Assembly: GCA_963968305.1 (NCBI GenBank)
Contig: CAXAGK010000001.1
Coordinates: 1-28,814, forward strand
Source: an uncultured Rickettsiales bacterium
GTDB lineage: Bacteria > Pseudomonadota > Alphaproteobacteria > UBA8366
Reading direction: 5' to 3'
DNA: 28,814 nt
Positions 17,622-26,941 of this stretch are shown here, in pieces. The notes beneath the pieces are model-generated. The model saw only the letters and a list, made by a program, of their open reading frames with translations, made no database searches and was not told the origin of the DNA. The stretch's first letter is position 1. Each line of letters starts with the position of its first letter. The position numbers were made by a program, and so were the translations under genes.

Positions 17622-17775
17622 GTGCAGCTTTCTCTCGATAAAATGCGTTCGGCTGAAATGGTTACAGCATTAAAAGCCGAACCGGGGCAATCATTCAATT
17701 GGAGTTGATATAGGTCTGATTTAGAGATCATCACAATGAAATCTGATGTTCCATGACGAACCTGCGGCCAATCGC

Positions 17776-18918
17776 CTATTGGATTAACGTCTCCACCGCC
17801 AGCCAGTCGACAACCTTGGCGAGCGCCTCTCGCTCTTCAGCTCCATCCGATTTGGCTTTCTCGTAGATCGCGACTTGGTGATGGGCGCTCGTCCCGTTGG
17901 CAACGATGTCACGCGCGCGTTCCATTTCCGCCAAACAGCCGAGCATCTGCGCGTCATCGCGCACCAAATCAATAATCTCCTCCAGTAAATCCGCATAGGG
18001 CACGCGTTCGCCACGTCCGAAATCTACCAAACCGTCGTCATAGCCATAACGCTGTGCGAGCCAGCGGTTCTCGCGCATCAACATGTTCGAGTACACTCTC
18101 CACCGCTAATTTTCACGCCGAAGGCGTTTCAGCATGGCTAACAAGGATGCGTAAATCGCTGCGATCGTGATACCGTCTTCCATCCGCGTACAAATATCGG
18201 CGATCCGCATTTCCAAGGTCGGGCATTTTCCGTGCGGGCGCACATCCCACCAAATCTTTGACGAATCTTCCACCAATCCAGCGTCGACGAGCATGCGGAC
18301 ATGCCGCTCATATTCGCCGTAGCTGTCGAATTTCTCGGGCAAACCGGTGCCTGGCAATTCATCGAATACACTGATCCGATACGATTTCAGCCCCGTGTTT
18401 CGGCCCTGTCAGAATGGCGACGACGTCGTCAGAGCCAAGATATGTGGCAAAAAATAGGGGATCTGGTTCAGTAGATCAATCCGGTGTTCCGGATCCTCGA
18501 CGCCCACATGCACGTGCATGCCGCAGATCATGAGCCGGTTGGCCAGCGCCTGCATGTCCTGCGCAAGAACATTATAGCGGTCTTTATCAGTGTGCCGTTG
18601 GATCGACCAATTAGCGAAAGGATGAGTCGACGCGGCGATAATTTTAATCCCGTGATTTTCGGCGACCTCCGACACGGTGCTTCGCAAAGTTGACAGCTGC
18701 GTTCTCGCTTCGTCGATGGAGTAACAGACTGCGGTCCCAGCCTCGATCTGAGCACGCAGAAATACCGGACGTACGCCGCCAATATCCGGGTCAATCGCCG
18801 CTTCGCAGTCTTTCAAAACATCATCCGACGGATCGGCGACGAGATCGCGGGTCTCCGGATCGATCAGAAGATATTCTTTCTCTATGCCAACGCTGAATTA
18901 TTCTTGGGTTTCAGCCAT
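17776..18918 (-). pseudogene. ybdK: Carboxylate-amine ligase / glutamate--cysteine ligase 2 (YbdK family), inactivated by three in-frame stops
   Basis: One 381-codon frame from ATG 18918: MAETQE*FSVGIEKEYLLIDP...CGMHVHVG...TTSSPF*QGRNTGLKSYR...WWDVRP...TLEMRIAD...RREN*RWRVY...ENRWLAQRYG. Stops are TAA 18900-18898, TGA 18411-18409 and TAG 18108-18106. Confidence 0.9.
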
Positions 18919-19765
18919 CGCTCCGCTCCCCAACATACGGCACATGAATCTCGGGGCACTCCAATATCGGGCGCAGCACTTCCGCGACCTTATCTGCCCA
19001 TGCATGCGCCTTTTCAATACTGTCTATTTCGTCCTGGCGAAACTCCAACAGGACATTGGGTAGGCTGGCGGGTAGGGCGTGCGTCTCTATGGTGTAACCG
19101 TATAGATCGAGGCCCGAATAGGGCTCGTTATCGCCAATCGTGATTCCGCCCCGCTCTTGTAGTCCTCGTAGCAAGGGGTCGGCGATCCGTCTGTCCCAAC
19201 CGGACAGAACACCAAGCTGCCAGGGGCGGTTAACTCCGTTCATCTCGCCTGTATAGCTGTGGATCGACAACACGACCGGGCAGCGCTTACCATCCCGGCG
19301 CTCGGCAATGGCCGCCGCGATAGCACCATGATAGGGCCAGAAGAACGCGTTGGCGCGCGCATCCAGTTCGTTCGACGTTAATCGACGGTTTCCCGGTATG
19401 ACTGTCCCGTCGCTGATCACACGGACCGATGTATGGTCATCGAGCGGGCGATTATAGTCGATCACCAATCGGCTATAACCAGCCAGAATAGCAGGGGCGT
19501 CGAAAGTCTGCGCCAGCCGCCGTGCCACATCTGCCGCGCCGATATCGACCGCGATATGGCGATCGAATTCCGATGGATCCAAACCCAAAGTGCCAAGTGA
19601 TTTCGGCACAACGTTGGACGCATGATCGCTACAAATCACGATCTGCGTCTTCCCCGCCGGATTCACCAGTTCAAACGGCTGCGGATCTTCCGCCCCGATC
19701 AACTCTATACCCGCCGCACCGAATGTTTCGTTTTCCAACATCGCGCGCACTGTAACCGAATTCAC
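18911..19765 (-). CDS. N-formylglutamate amidohydrolase family protein
   Basis: 284 aa. CSDHASNVVP, HIAVDIGA, YSRLVIDYNR, PYHGAI, SIHSYT, GDNEPYSG and LLEFRQD motifs. Start uncertain (GTG 19765 or ATG 19741). Overlaps the ybdK start by 8 nt. Confidence 0.9.
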   Translation of the reverse strand: MNSVTVRAMLENETFGAAGIELIGAEDPQPFELVNPAGKTQIVICSDHASNVVPKSLGTLGLDPSEFDRHIAVDIGAADVARRLAQTFDAPAILAGYSRLVIDYNRPLDDHTSVRVISDGTVIPGNRRLTSNELDARANAFFWPYHGAIAAAIAERRDGKRCPVVLSIHSYTGEMNGVNRPWQLGVLSGWDRRIADPLLRGLQERGGITIGDNEPYSGLDLYGYTIETHALPASLPNVLLEFRQDEIDSIEKAHAWADKVAEVLRPILECPEIHVPYVGERSDG

Positions 19766-19866
19766 CTTACGGGAAACATACGTCCATTGCGCCGCTTGCT
19801 ACAGCGCGTTACACCGCTTCGCTGCCCTATTGAGGTAACCAACGTGCGAGATAAAGATCACCTCCC

Positions 19867-21135
19867 GTGAGCGAAGATAAGAAAAATTTCAGTTTTGCCT
19901 ATTTGGTTTGGGGTCTTGGCGCCTTTGGGTTCTTTTATGCCTGGTTCCAGCGCGTCATTCCCAGCGTCATGGTTGACCACCTGATGGCGGAATTTGCCGT
20001 CAGCGGCGTCGCCTTAGGCACGCTGTCTTCGTTATATTTCTACGTCTATGCCGCGATGCAACTCCCTGTCGGCGCACTGATCGACCGATGGGGACCTGGT
20101 GTTCCCTACGCCTCCGCTTTGATCTTGGCGGCGGCGGGTAGTGCGCTCTTCGCGACAACCAGCACGATCGAAATGGCTTATATCGGGCGCATCCTGATTG
20201 GTGCCGGTTCCGCCTTTGCCTGGGTCGCCGTGCTCAAGATCACCGCGCTGCATTTTTCACCATCGCGCTTCGCTATGCTATCCGGGGCCGGTATGTTTTT
20301 CGGGATGTTCGGTGGATTTTCCGGCCAAGTCCTGGGCGGAACCTTGGTCGATGCCGTTGGATGGCGAATGACTATGTGGGGACTCGCCGTCACGGGAATT
20401 GTCCTCTCGATTGCCGTCTTCACCCTTGTCGGACGCCAGAAAACAGAGGGGACCACAAATACCGGTACATTGACCATGAAGGAGATCTTGATCACCTTCA
20501 CTTCGGCCCTTCGCCAGCCGCAAGTTTGGCTCGTCGGTTGTGGCGGCGCTATCGCGGCGGCCCCGGTATTTATTTTCGGCGCACTTTGGGGCGTGCCCTT
20601 CCTGATGCAAATACATGGGCTACCACGCCCGCTGGCCGCATCGCTCACCGCGACGATGCTCATCGGCTGGGGCTTGGGCGCATTCTTCAGTGGGTGGCTT
20701 TCCGACAAAATGGGTCAACGCCGCAAACCCCTTATTGTCGGCATTGTTGTCGCGATGGCGAGCTTGCCGGCGGCGATCTATTTACCGGACCTTCCAACAA
20801 TAGCGATTGCGGCCTTAATGTTTATCGGCGGTCTCGGCTCAGGGGTCATAATTTTGATCTTCGCCATATCCGGCGACCTAGCACCGGACACTGCGCGCGG
20901 TTCGACCTTTGCCTTTGCCAATATGTTGATGATTCTCTCAGGCGCTATATTCCAACCCGTCACCGGCTTGCTGCTGGACCTCAATTGGAACGGCGTCACG
21001 GAGAACAGCGCGCGGTTATACGATTTATATGCCTATCAAATCGCCTTCTTACTGATCCCCATTACCTCTATCGTGGGTATGCTGATGATTTTGTTGTCCC
21101 GCAACACAGAAAAAGACACTAGGCGGCCCACTTAG
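19867..21135 (+). CDS. MFS transporter
   Basis: 422 aa, GTG start. About 12 hydrophobic segments. GALIDRWGP and GWLSDKMGQRRKP motif A. Confidence 0.9.
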   Translation: MSEDKKNFSFAYLVWGLGAFGFFYAWFQRVIPSVMVDHLMAEFAVSGVALGTLSSLYFYVYAAMQLPVGALIDRWGPGVPYASALILAAAGSALFATTSTIEMAYIGRILIGAGSAFAWVAVLKITALHFSPSRFAMLSGAGMFFGMFGGFSGQVLGGTLVDAVGWRMTMWGLAVTGIVLSIAVFTLVGRQKTEGTTNTGTLTMKEILITFTSALRQPQVWLVGCGGAIAAAPVFIFGALWGVPFLMQIHGLPRPLAASLTATMLIGWGLGAFFSGWLSDKMGQRRKPLIVGIVVAMASLPAAIYLPDLPTIAIAALMFIGGLGSGVIILIFAISGDLAPDTARGSTFAFANMLMILSGAIFQPVTGLLLDLNWNGVTENSARLYDLYAYQIAFLLIPITSIVGMLMILLSRNTEKDTRRPT

Positions 21136-21169
21136 CTAAAACTGTCATTCAATCGAGCGAGTAGTCATT

Positions 21170-22126
21170 ATGCCAAGTACCGAAACCCGCCGGGTTGTCG
21201 CCTCGAAAAGTACCAACGAAATCGTCACAATTATGGCAGGCAAGCCTCGCACGCCATTTTCCAACGAAGCGCTCGTTCGGGTTACTGCTATTTCATTGAA
21301 CCGGGGTGAATTGGGCCGCGCACAAAGAACCGCCGACGGCACGCTTCAAATCGGCTGGGATTTCGTCGGCACGGTCGACACGCCCGCCGCTGACGGAACC
21401 GGCCCGGTCGCGGGAATTCGGGTTGTTGGCTTTTCCACGCGCATGGAAGGATGGGCGGAATTGGTCGCCGTTCCCACATCTTATATCGCGCCCATTCCAG
21501 ACGGTGTCTCCGATGCACAGGCCGCCACATTGCCAGTTGCCGGTCTGACTGCGCTTCATTCGGTCGACGCGGCGACCAGCCTACTCGGTCGCCACGCGCT
21601 GATTACCGGCGCCACTGGCGGTGTCGGCATGTTCGCGGTCCAATTGGCGGCGCTCGCCGGCGCTACGGCCTTCGCTCAAATTCGCCGCGCGGAACAAAAA
21701 CCCTTTATTGAATCTCTTGGCGAGCATCCGATGATCGTGACTGTGGATGGCCGCGAATTCAGCAAGCACGAAGGGTTTCGCCTAATCATCGATGGCGTCA
21801 GCGGCGCGATCCTGGCAAACGCGATCCCGGCCCTGGCACCGGACGGTATTTGCGTTTGCTACGGGGTCACGGACACACCGGAAATACCCGTTGATATCGG
21901 CCAATTCATGCGGATCGGCCTGGCGCAAATGATGGGGTTTCATCTCTATGCGAAAAGCGAATCCTCGCCTCCAAGCGAAAACTTGCCACGCTTACTTTCG
22001 CTTGTCGCGGACGGGAGGCTCAACTGCGCCATAGAACGCGAGGCATCCTGGACCGAGATCAACCGTGTCGCCCAAGACCTGATCGACCGAAAATTCCTCG
22101 GTAAAGCCGTCCTTCACATCGATTGA
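21170..22126 (+). CDS. MDR-family (quinone oxidoreductase-like, apparently zinc-independent) NAD(P)H oxidoreductase
   Basis: 318 aa. VRVTAISLNRGE, GWDFVGTV, AATLPVAGLTA, ITGATGGVG and GKAVL motifs. No catalytic-Zn Cys/His motif visible. Confidence 0.88.
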   Translation: MPSTETRRVVASKSTNEIVTIMAGKPRTPFSNEALVRVTAISLNRGELGRAQRTADGTLQIGWDFVGTVDTPAADGTGPVAGIRVVGFSTRMEGWAELVAVPTSYIAPIPDGVSDAQAATLPVAGLTALHSVDAATSLLGRHALITGATGGVGMFAVQLAALAGATAFAQIRRAEQKPFIESLGEHPMIVTVDGREFSKHEGFRLIIDGVSGAILANAIPALAPDGICVCYGVTDTPEIPVDIGQFMRIGLAQMMGFHLYAKSESSPPSENLPRLLSLVADGRLNCAIEREASWTEINRVAQDLIDRKFLGKAVLHID

Positions 22127-22136
22127 CGCCAGATCG

Positions 22137-22535
22137 TTAGTCCCCGACGCCCCAGGCCTTGTCGGCGTATTGGGTCGTGACGATGTCGAAGACGACGCCA
22201 TTCGGGTCACGAAACTTAATCTCCGAGGCACCATCCGGCGTGTTCGGCAGTTGCATGTGATAGCGCCCGCCATTGTCCTTAATGGTATCTTGCATGGCAT
22301 CGATATCTTCGACGACAAAACCCATATGGTGGAGGCCGTGAAAGTCCTTACCGCGTTCATCTCCAGCCTGCTCATCCGACTGGAACTTCAAAATCGCCAG
22401 GCTGACGACACCGTCAGTCAATAAAATCGCGATGTCGGAGACCTGCGAGCGCGTCATCCCAAAGGTCTTCTCGTAAAAGCTTGCCGCCTCTTCCAAATCA
22501 GGAACGGTCACGGCGATATGCCGGAGTTTAGACAT
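22137..22535 (-). CDS. VOC (glyoxalase/bleomycin resistance/extradiol dioxygenase) family protein
   Basis: 132 aa. LRHIAVTVPDLEEAASFYEKTFG, GLHHMGFVVEDID and FRDPNGVVFDI motifs. RBS GGGAG. Confidence 0.9.
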   Translation of the reverse strand: MSKLRHIAVTVPDLEEAASFYEKTFGMTRSQVSDIAILLTDGVVSLAILKFQSDEQAGDERGKDFHGLHHMGFVVEDIDAMQDTIKDNGGRYHMQLPNTPDGASEIKFRDPNGVVFDIVTTQYADKAWGVGD

Positions 22536-22632
22536 GGTTTTCTCCCAAAGAATTTTTCATCTAATTAAATTGATGCTGAGGCTTCGCCGGGCATTCTGTC
22601 AAGCGGCAGGCAACGCGGCTTCGAGAGGAACC

Positions 22633-23859
22633 CTAAAGCGTTTCGCCACGCACTAAACGCGGTAAATCACCGACCACCCCCATCGCATGGCGCATAAAGA
22701 CCCGCTTTAACGGTGGAATCGCGTCGACACCCGCAAGGCCCAAGTCGCGGGCAGCCCGTATAGGCGCGACATCGTTTGAGAACAGACGGTTCAAAACATC
22801 GGTCACCGCAACCAAGGTCGTGTTATCGACCCGTCGCCAAGCCTCATAGCGGTCCAACACCGTGGCGTCCGCTGGCTCCAACCCCAACCGCACCGCATCG
22901 ACCACAGCTTCGGCCAAAGCGGCGACGTCGCGAATTCCGAGGTTGAGTCCTTGTCCAGCGATCGGATGAATGGCGTGGGCGGCCTCGCTGATGAGCGCCA
23001 ATCGCCGGTCCGTATAGCGATCCGCATGCATCAATCCCAAAGGATAAGCGAAACGAGGCCCTACCAAATCGAGAGCGCCCAACCAATCGCCAAAACGTCG
23101 CTGCACTTCGCCAAGGAACCCCGCATCGTCTAGATCGAGAAATGCCGGTGCCAGGTCCGCGCGCTCGGTCCATACGATGTTCGTGCGCTGTCCAGTCATA
23201 GGCAGCATGGCAAAGGGACCACTCGGCAAGAACAATTCGACGGCGACACCAGCATGCGCCCGCTCATGCGACACCGTGCAGACAATGGCGGTCTGATCAT
23301 AGCGGAATTCACGTGCTCCGATACCGGCGGATTTCCGAAGTGGCGAATTTCGCCCATCCGCACCAACGACGAGCGACGTCTGCAGGACACGCCCGTCTTC
23401 AAGCATGACGTCAGCACCGTCCGCATGACGTTCGACGGTCTCAACCGAGGCCGGAGCGATGATCGTCAAATTCCTGAGTTGGCCCCCGAGATGGGATAAT
23501 CCATCCCGAATAACCCGGTTCTCGATAATGTAGCCAAAGGGATCGTCGCCGACCTCGGTATGGTCGTAATGCAAGAACAGTGGTGAGACGCCGCGCGAGG
23601 GATGGCCATCCGCCACGCGGATATCGAGAATTGGCTCGGTTTCATCCGCGATCAGCGGCCACAGGCCGATTCCTTTCAGAACTTGGGCCGAGCCGTGGGC
23701 GATCGATGTCGTCCGGCCATCGAAGTCCAATGTGTTCATTGTGACGGGATCCATCCGTTCAATAACCGCCGTCGCGATGCCGCACCCCGCAAGGCCGCAC
23801 CCCAGCGTCATACCCGCCATGCCGCCGCCTACGATGACGACTTCGAATCTTTTAGACAT
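22633..23859 (-). CDS. ubiL: UbiH/UbiF/VisC/COQ6-family FAD-dependent ubiquinone biosynthesis hydroxylase (UbiL-like)
   Basis: VVIVGGGMAG, DGRTTSI, VVGADGRNS, ELFLPSGPFAMLP, HPIAGQGLNLGIRD and LNRLFSND motifs. Start placed at ATG 23859 (MSKRFEV). The UbiL subfamily call is an inference. Confidence 0.85.
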   Translation of the reverse strand: MSKRFEVVIVGGGMAGMTLGCGLAGCGIATAVIERMDPVTMNTLDFDGRTTSIAHGSAQVLKGIGLWPLIADETEPILDIRVADGHPSRGVSPLFLHYDHTEVGDDPFGYIIENRVIRDGLSHLGGQLRNLTIIAPASVETVERHADGADVMLEDGRVLQTSLVVGADGRNSPLRKSAGIGAREFRYDQTAIVCTVSHERAHAGVAVELFLPSGPFAMLPMTGQRTNIVWTERADLAPAFLDLDDAGFLGEVQRRFGDWLGALDLVGPRFAYPLGLMHADRYTDRRLALISEAAHAIHPIAGQGLNLGIRDVAALAEAVVDAVRLGLEPADATVLDRYEAWRRVDNTTLVAVTDVLNRLFSNDVAPIRAARDLGLAGVDAIPPLKRVFMRHAMGVVGDLPRLVRGETL

Positions 23860-24025
23860 CTTGTTGTCCACGTTTTTATCCTTACACGCAGCTTCATATC
23901 TCAATCAAATGATGTCCAGCATAAGAGGCTGCCTAAATTTTAATCGACATATTTAAGGTGTCTATTTTTTCATCATATTTGGGCCTGTTCTCCGCCCTGT
24001 TGAACTGCGAAAAATAGTTAACTTA

Positions 24026-24039
24026 TTGAAATTATTCAA
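24026..24039. promoter_or_regulatory. Perfect 14-bp palindrome TTGAA-ATTA-TTCAA, FNR/FixK-box-like
   Basis: Same geometry as TTGAT-N4-ATCAA with one symmetric substitution. Lies in the divergent ubiL/glnK intergenic region. Confidence 0.3.
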
Positions 24040-24043
24040 TTAA

Positions 24044-24487
<444 letters not shown>

Positions 24488-24500
24488 AAGGAACATATCA

Positions 24501-25793
24501 ATGCCCCACCTTCACAAAAAACTACTGCTCGGCAATCTCGCCGCAATCCTTACGACAATTTCCGTTCCGGCCCTCGCCCAGAACGCCAAACTCGACAGTG
24601 GCGATACGGCCTGGATGCTCACATCGACCGCGATCGTATTAATGATGACGATTCCCGGTCTCGCCCTTTTCTATGGTGGCATGGTGCGGAAGAAGAACGT
24701 CCTCTCCATCATGGCTCAGAGTTTTGCGATCTGCTGTCTGGTTAGCGTGATCTGGATGGTCATCGGCTACAGTCTCGCCTTCTCCGAGGGCAATGCCTTC
24801 GTTGGTGGCCTATCGAATATGTTCGTCTCGGGCATGACCGTCGGACAAGTGAACGGGACGATTCCCGAATCCGTGTTCTTCGTTTTTCAAATGACATTCG
24901 CGATCATCACGCCGGCACTGATCACAGGCGCTTTCGCGGACCGGATGAAATTTTCGGCGATGCTGTTGTTCGTCGCGATTTGGTCAGTCGTCGTCTACTC
25001 GCCGATCACCCATTGGGTTTGGGGCCCGGGCGGCTTTCTCGGCAATGACGGCGTCCTCGATTTTGCGGGCGGCACCGTTGTCCACATCAACTCTGGCATT
25101 GCCGGTCTCGTCGCGTGCCTGGTCATCGGAAAGCGGACGAACTACGGCCAGGAAAACATGGCGCCGCACAATCTGACGCTCACTCTAATTGGGGCCTCCA
25201 TGTTATGGATCGGCTGGTTTGGCTTCAACGCTGGGTCGGCGGTCGCGGCCAACGGTTCCGCCGGCATGGCGATGGCCGTGACGCAAATAGCCGCCGCCGG
25301 TGCTGCGTTGGCTTGGATGATTTGCGAATGGTTCGAATTGAAGAAACCGAGTGTTCTTGGTCTCGTCTCAGGCGCCGTCGCTGGTCTCGTCGCGATCACG
25401 CCGGCGGCGGGTTTCGTTGATCCCGCCGGTGCATTGGCCATCGGCGCGATCGCCGGCATCGTCTGCTGGTTCGTCTCGACCAAGATCAAGCACAAGCTCG
25501 GCTATGACGACTCGCTGGATGTCTTCGGCATTCATGGTGTGGGCGGTATCGTCGGTGCGCTGCTGACCGGCGTCTTCGCCATCGAAGCCATTGGCGGCAC
25601 ATCCGGCCTGATCGAAGGCAATGCAGGCCAGGTCGCGACGCAGGCCTGGGGAATCCTCGCGACCATCGTCTATTGCGCGGCCGCTACTTACGTCATCCTG
25701 AAAATCGTCGATATGATCGTCGGTCTGCGCGTCTCCGAAGATGCAGAGCGCGACGGCCTCGACTTCGACCTCCATGGCGAAACCGTCCACTAA
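24501..25793 (+). CDS. amtB: Ammonium transporter AmtB
   Basis: Start at ATG 24501 (RBS AAAGGA) with a signal-peptide-like N-terminus. DTAWML, FQMTFAII, DFAGGTVVHINSG, WFGFNAGS, DDSLDVFGIHG and GLD...HGE motifs; twin His present. Confidence 0.97.
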   Translation: MPHLHKKLLLGNLAAILTTISVPALAQNAKLDSGDTAWMLTSTAIVLMMTIPGLALFYGGMVRKKNVLSIMAQSFAICCLVSVIWMVIGYSLAFSEGNAFVGGLSNMFVSGMTVGQVNGTIPESVFFVFQMTFAIITPALITGAFADRMKFSAMLLFVAIWSVVVYSPITHWVWGPGGFLGNDGVLDFAGGTVVHINSGIAGLVACLVIGKRTNYGQENMAPHNLTLTLIGASMLWIGWFGFNAGSAVAANGSAGMAMAVTQIAAAGAALAWMICEWFELKKPSVLGLVSGAVAGLVAITPAAGFVDPAGALAIGAIAGIVCWFVSTKIKHKLGYDDSLDVFGIHGVGGIVGALLTGVFAIEAIGGTSGLIEGNAGQVATQAWGILATIVYCAAATYVILKIVDMIVGLRVSEDAERDGLDFDLHGETVH

Positions 25794-25818
25794 TACCCAT
25801 CGCCAAAAGCGAAAACTC

Positions 25819-25842
25819 GGGGGAGCTCCGGCTCCCCCTTTT
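25819..25842 (+). terminator. Rho-independent terminator of glnK-amtB
   Basis: GGGGGAGC-TCCG-GCTCCCCC-TTTT: a perfect 8-bp GC stem and T run, 25 nt after the amtB stop. Confidence 0.85.
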
Positions 25843-25864
25843 ATACGCCTCTGTCTCTATAAGG

Positions 25865-26923
25865 CTACATCCACGAAATAACTTTGCGGGCGAAATCTTC
25901 GATCAGGCGGTATTGTTGATCCAGGGTTGGGATAAAATTGATCCCATCTAAACCCTGGCGCTCATACTCTCTCAACTGTTCGACGATTTCTTCGGGCTGC
26001 CCCGCCACGCTAAAGGTACGTATCATTTCCGGCGTGATGAACCGAGCCTCTTCGGGGTCGAGATAGCTGTAATGGCTCTTGTGCATCTCCTGATGCTGTC
26101 GCGCTCCATCACGTTCTTCCAAGAAGGCCAGATAGTTCTTCCAGATCGGCTTTACGTAATCCGGTGGATCCTCGCCGGTCTCCTTCCAGCGTTCGACCAG
26201 ATAGTGCACATTCACCATGATACCGGAGCCAATTTCGGCAATCGCCCGCTCTGACTCGAGGGTCTCACCCGGCTCCAACATCAAGAGATTCACCAAGGCG
26301 TAGGTCTTGAAATCGTCCAGCGAACGGCCCGCCCGTTCGGCCCCTCGGCGGACATTCGCAAGCGCTTGCGTGATGGAGCCGCCACGCGGAATCCCGGTAA
26401 TCAATCCATCGCCAAGCTCACCGGCCAGCGCCTGTGCGCGCGGCCCGAAGCCACCTACGTGAACCGGGATCGGGTCCGTCACGTTGATGTAGCCGAAATC
26501 CTGATTGGCAAATGTGATCGGGTGGGTCACGCCGTCGAGTGTGAACTCAACTTCTTCGCCACGTAACAAAGCGCTCACAACCCTGATGTATTCCTTGAAC
26601 TCCGCCACCTTCGCCGGCGGATGTCCCAACATCCGCATCGCGGTATTGCCGGTGCCGAGCCCCATAAAACAACGCCCCGGCGCCAGACGATTGATCGTGG
26701 CGATACCATTTGCCGCCACTGGCGCCAGACGTAATCCCGGCACCGCGACGCCGGTGCCAAGCTGCAAGCGCTGGGTCTGTTGCGCCACCAAGGTCATCAC
26801 CGACCAAACGTTGGAGCGGATCATCGGGCTGTCCGTCATCCAGCAAAAATTGTAGCCGAGATTTTCCGCATGAACGGCGACGCCGACTTCGTCGATCTTG
26901 TTACAACTGATGCCGAATTCCAT
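25865..26923 (-). CDS. LLM-class oxidoreductase, Mer (methylene-H4MPT reductase)-like subfamily
   Basis: 352 aa. AENLGYNFCWMTDS, T-RLQLGTGVAVP, LAPGRCFMGLGTG and IPVHVGGFGPRAQALAGELGDG motifs. RBS GAGAGGG. Confidence 0.9.
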   Translation of the reverse strand: MEFGISCNKIDEVGVAVHAENLGYNFCWMTDSPMIRSNVWSVMTLVAQQTQRLQLGTGVAVPGLRLAPVAANGIATINRLAPGRCFMGLGTGNTAMRMLGHPPAKVAEFKEYIRVVSALLRGEEVEFTLDGVTHPITFANQDFGYINVTDPIPVHVGGFGPRAQALAGELGDGLITGIPRGGSITQALANVRRGAERAGRSLDDFKTYALVNLLMLEPGETLESERAIAEIGSGIMVNVHYLVERWKETGEDPPDYVKPIWKNYLAFLEERDGARQHQEMHKSHYSYLDPEEARFITPEMIRTFSVAGQPEEIVEQLREYERQGLDGINFIPTLDQQYRLIEDFARKVISWM

Positions 26924-26941
26924 ACGCCGCCCTCTCGTGAT

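Noticed and set aside
18390-18415. Selenocysteine at the in-frame TGA of ybdK
   Set aside because: The position corresponds to a conserved Trp (SSPFW), not Cys. Two other stops also break the gene, and I saw no convincing SECIS hairpin.
17776-18918. Alternative genetic code or stop-codon reassignment to explain the ybdK stops
   Set aside because: TAA, TAG and TGA all terminate intact genes elsewhere in the window, and no other gene contains internal stops.
20361-21122. 253-aa alternative-frame ORF inside the MFS gene, and similar long ORFs at 901-1485, 6071-6622, 10615-11166 and 27530-28186
   Set aside because: They overlap well-supported genes, have Arg/Pro/Ser-rich off-frame composition typical of GC-rich DNA, and show no recognisable motifs.
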